From an uncultured Gemmataceae bacterium (GTDB lineage: Bacteria; Planctomycetota; Planctomycetia; Gemmatales; Gemmataceae): DNA of 64,000 nucleotides. Position 1 is the first letter of the stretch; the number at the start of each line of letters is the position of its first letter. The stretch spans positions 1,152,001-1,216,000 of the forward strand of contig CAVVPN010000004.1 of the NCBI GenBank assembly GCA_963750165.1, written 5' to 3'. Below the pieces are notes generated by a model that saw only the letters and a program-made list of their open reading frames with translations, was not told the origin of the DNA and made no database searches. Below, piece by piece: positions 60,539 to 64,000 of the stretch. Made by a program: the position numbers and the translations under genes.

Positions 60539-60610
60539 CTTCGTTCGTAGTACCGCCTTCAGGCGGAATCAGCGCCCGGATTCCGCCTGAAGGCGGTACT
60601 ACGAACGAAG
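60539..60610. repeat. GTAG-type REP doublet
   Basis: Perfect 32-bp IR; each arm carries GTAG followed by the inner palindrome CCGCCTTCAGGCGG. Confidence 0.8.
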
Positions 60611-60627
60611 ACAACGCGAACCGGCGG

Positions 60628-63600
60628 TCAGCTGAACTGCACCTGCACGTGCATCAGGTCGCCGGGGGCCACGTCGAACTGGGCCGCGTCGCCGCTGTGG
60701 CTGGCCTCCATGATGAGGTTGCCGCGCGCGTCCACCAGGGCGACGCGCTGCGGGTCGCGCACGCAGCGCAGCTCCGCGGTGCCGCTGAAGGCGGCGCACT
60801 CCAGCAGCCGTGCCGTCAGGGCGTCGCTGGTATCGACGCCCTCCGCGGGCCGCTCCAGACTGCCGGGCCGCAGCGTCGTCAGCAGCAGGTTGGGCGCGTC
60901 CAGGTGGAACAGCCAGCCGGTGGCGCCGATGTGCGGCGGTCCCTTCGTCGTCGGCACCACCACCACCGGCGAGACCACGCCAAGGGCCGTCTGCGCCGGC
61001 TGCTCGCGGTCCAGGCCGATGGTCAGATCGAAGGCAGTGCCGGTCTCGCCCTCCGGTTGCAGGATCACGTCGAGCATGCGGCTCTCGTGCCGCTGGTGGA
61101 ACGGCAGACCGCCGGTGAAAATCGTGGTGCTCTGCCGCGCCAGCCGCAGGTCCAGGTAGTCGGGGGTCTGCGGCCGCACGTGCGTGGTGATGTAGCCGGT
61201 GCCGTTGACGCAGCGCAGTAGCACGGCGCGCTCGTCGCGCCAGGCGAAACGGGCGCCATAGTAAGCATGCCAGGGGTAGCCCGCGGCCGGCTGCTCGGGG
61301 AAGAGTTCGATGCGCAGCTCCAGCACCGGCCGGCCCAGCCACACTCGGAAGCGCTGCCGGAAGCGCGCCAGCACCTGCTCCTGCTCGCCGTGGATGATCC
61401 CCTCGCTGACGACCTCGCCCAGCGCCGGGCCGGCGCTCGTCACCTTGATCTGCGTCGCCTTCATGGTGCCGCCGCCGGCCGGGTTGAACACCAGCCGCTG
61501 CGCCAGGCGGTTCAGGTTCGTGCGGTGGTCCTGGATGCCGCGCAAACCGCCCGAGGCGGCGTCGATCTCCGCCTCCAGATACTCGTTGCGCACGTGACGC
61601 TCGTCCGCCATCTTGATGCGGCTCGGCTGCGGCGGTGTGCCCTTCGGCCCGCTGCGTGGAATCCACGCGAAGCCCAGCGCCGGCACGTCCACCACCAGCC
61701 GCAACTTGTCGCCGTCGATCTGGCAAGCCTTGACCGGGCCGCCGATCGGCAGCGGTTGCTGGGCGCCGTCCAGCTCCAGCGTCACGCGGCGGATGAAACT
61801 GCATTGGTTGAGTAGCAAATAACCCGGCTCGTCGCTGGCGGCGCGCGATTGCAGTCGCGCCGCCAGCGTGGCGGCGATCTGCGTTTCCACCTCCGTCAAC
61901 CGGGCGTTGAGCGGCTCCGGTTCGGTGAGGTTGGGGCCGCCGCGCTCGACCTGGCTTTCGAGGTCGGTCAGGGTCGCTTCGATGCGCTGCGGGTCGCTGC
62001 GGCCGGCGAGACCACGGTGGATGGCGGCCAGCGTCCAGCAGGTATCGAGGCGGCGGCGCAGGCGGGCATGGCGGGCGAAACCGCTCACCGGCTGGTGCGC
62101 GGCGGGGCTCTCCCTTGTTGTGGCCGGGTCTCCCGACCCGGCCACGGCGCCGCTCTCGGTCGGGTTCTTCTGGTGGACGCGCTCGCTCAGGTAATCGTAA
62201 TGGAACTCGTCCGCGGCCAGCGCCGAGGCGTACTCGCCGGGCGGCACCTCGTTAAGGAAGCGCGACATCGTTTCCCACTGGCCGAAGATGGGGCCGAAGC
62301 GAGACAGCGCGAGCCAGTCGTCGTACCACGGTGACGGTTTGTGGCCACTGTGCAACAGGGCGACGACTGCGGTGTGGTCCTCGCGGATGGTCTTGAACAG
62401 CGTGTTGCCGAGGTTGAAGAAAGTTTCGGCGCTGTCGGCCGGCAGCGGCTTGCGGGCGAACGCCTCGATCTGCTTGCCGTCCGGTGATGGCCAGCTGATG
62501 ACGGGAGTCTGGTGCGGCGGCAGGGCCGAGTCGTCGAAGGCCAGGAACAGCGCCCGCGTCAGGCCGGTGCTGTGCAGCAACAGTGGCATCTGCGGGTGCA
62601 GGCCGAAGCGCTTGCGGGCGAAGACGCGCACGTCGGTGCCGAGCAAATCACGCGACACCACCTGACCGCGGAGCAGGTTCCACAGTTGCGACTCCAGCGG
62701 CAACAGCACGTCCTCGCGTTCGAGGTAGCCGCCGCCGCAGACTTCCACCTGCTCCGCCTGCACGCGCTCGCGCAACTCGGCGAAGCGCTCCGGCTGCTCC
62801 GCGGCCAGCCGTTCCAGCAGCGCCCCCGACACCACGATGCTGAGCGGCGAGCCGTGGCGCAAACGCCGCCGGCCAACACTCCGTCCATTTTTTCTCGTCC
62901 AGCAGCATCAGGTCGAGCAGGTGAATCGGCACCGGATACAGCACCTCGCGCGCCGATTGCAACCGCTGCGCCGCCGTCTGCAGGAAGCGCCGCCAGTCTT
63001 GCATCTCCTCCGTGGCGGGGGTCGGGGAGGTGTCGCCGTAGGACGGCTCCGCGTCCGAGCCGGCGCTCGGGTCGTCGTAAGGCGGCGAATCGAACGACGG
63101 CGGCTCCGGCGGTGGCGCTTCGCCTTCCAGGGGGGCTTCGGGGTCGGGCTCGTTGCTGGTGTCGGTGGCCGCGTCCGGCGTGGGCGCATCGAAGGGCAGG
63201 TCCGCCAGCGTGGCAATGGCCTGGCGGACGTGCTGCCAGAAGTCGGCGGCGTCGAGCAGGTTTTCGTGCTCCATCGCCTCGCAGAGCGTGGCGCCGAGCA
63301 GGTGGCCCAGGCCGATGCCGAAGAACGGCGCCACGTCCGCCGCCGGCAGCGCCAGCAGTTTCGCGGTGGCACCGTGTTCGTCGGGCGGCAGCGCTTCCAG
63401 GGCGGCCTTGAGGTTGGCGAGGGTGGCGGCGCGGTCGGGTGTGGCGCGGAAGGCGAGGGCGCCGGCGGCCTGGACACGCTGGTCCCAGTCGTCGGGCATC
63501 ATCAACGGCGGCGACTCCGGCACCGCGAAAATCTGGCCGGCCTGCGGTTGCTCATAGTCGTAGGGGGCCGAGACGACCGGCGGCCCGGCGGCGCCCCACA

Positions 63601-63727
63601 GCAGTGCGGGGTGCCACAGAGCCGAGTAGCCGTTGAGCCAGCAGGCCATGTCTTCCGCGGCCAGCGTCAGCGGATGCTGGCCGGGCAGCGGATACGGGGT
63701 CAAGAGGATCAGTTTGCGCTCGTTCAT
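60628..63727 (-). CDS. Large protein with glycoside hydrolase 38-like segments (frameshift near 62860)
   Basis: ORFs 62648-63727 and 60628-62862 join; EVCGGGYLE..LLPLESQLWNLLRG and LHPQMPLLL resemble the GH38 N-terminal domain. Confidence 0.6.
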
Positions 63728-63773
63728 GGTGGCGTCGGCCGGCCGGCAGCCCGAAGCCGCCGCGGCCGCCGCG

Positions 63774-64000
63774 TCACCTGACGCGCTTCAGCTCGTAGAC
63801 GGTCCAGTCGCCGGTCTTCGGAGTGAGTTCCGTCGGTCGTTCCTTCCCTCTGGAGAGGGTAATGGTCAGTTCGTCGTTATTCAAGGAGTAGACGCCGGCG
63901 CGCGCGCCGTCGGGGTTGAGCCAGTCGATGGTTTTGGGCTTGGCCTTCGGGTTCAGCTTGAACGCGCCCTTCGGTGCCGCCTCGGAGCCGCCGCTGTCGA
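63774..64000 (-). CDS. TIGR03067 planctomycete domain protein, 5' end outside window
   Basis: Manual translation GAFKLNPKAKPKTIDW...GVYSLNNDELTI...RPTELT...YELKRVR*. Confidence 0.8.
   Translation of the reverse strand, partial: DSGGSEAAPKGAFKLNPKAKPKTIDWLNPDGARAGVYSLNNDELTITLSRGKERPTELTPKTGDWTVYELKRVR

Noticed and set aside
7747..63727. Many single-base frameshifts as programmed frameshifting or mass pseudogenisation
   Set aside because: They also hit backbone genes (about 48080, 55054, 62860) and show no shared slippery motif. Sequencing indels are the simpler explanation; reads are needed.

Overview
GC-rich chromosomal window, probably from a Gemmataceae-type planctomycete (inferred from the HCRxPGPHVRGCW protein family, a TIGR03067 domain and a YdjY domain). 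Positions 1-47911 form a large sedentary integron. It has a 441-aa IntI (+, 46586-47911) with a duplicated N-terminal domain, an attI with four 20-bp-period direct repeats, and about 52 attC sites that mostly have CCGAAC/GTTCGG cores. The attC sites separate minus-strand cassettes, and the array runs off the left edge of the window. Embedded in the array are a second attI with a truncated intI, two exactly duplicated cassettes (one apparently non-coding), three IS701-type elements, one ISAzo13, one MITE and four identical 70-bp palindromes. There are also two copies of an IS110 element inserted at the same position of attC; its non-coding end has readable guide segments that match attC. Many cassettes carry a REP-like half-site at a near-fixed distance (19-26 nt) from attC, sometimes stacked, which may be a trace of how cassettes are built. 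Positions 47954-64000 are ordinary backbone genes. Many single-base frameshifts may be sequencing errors.
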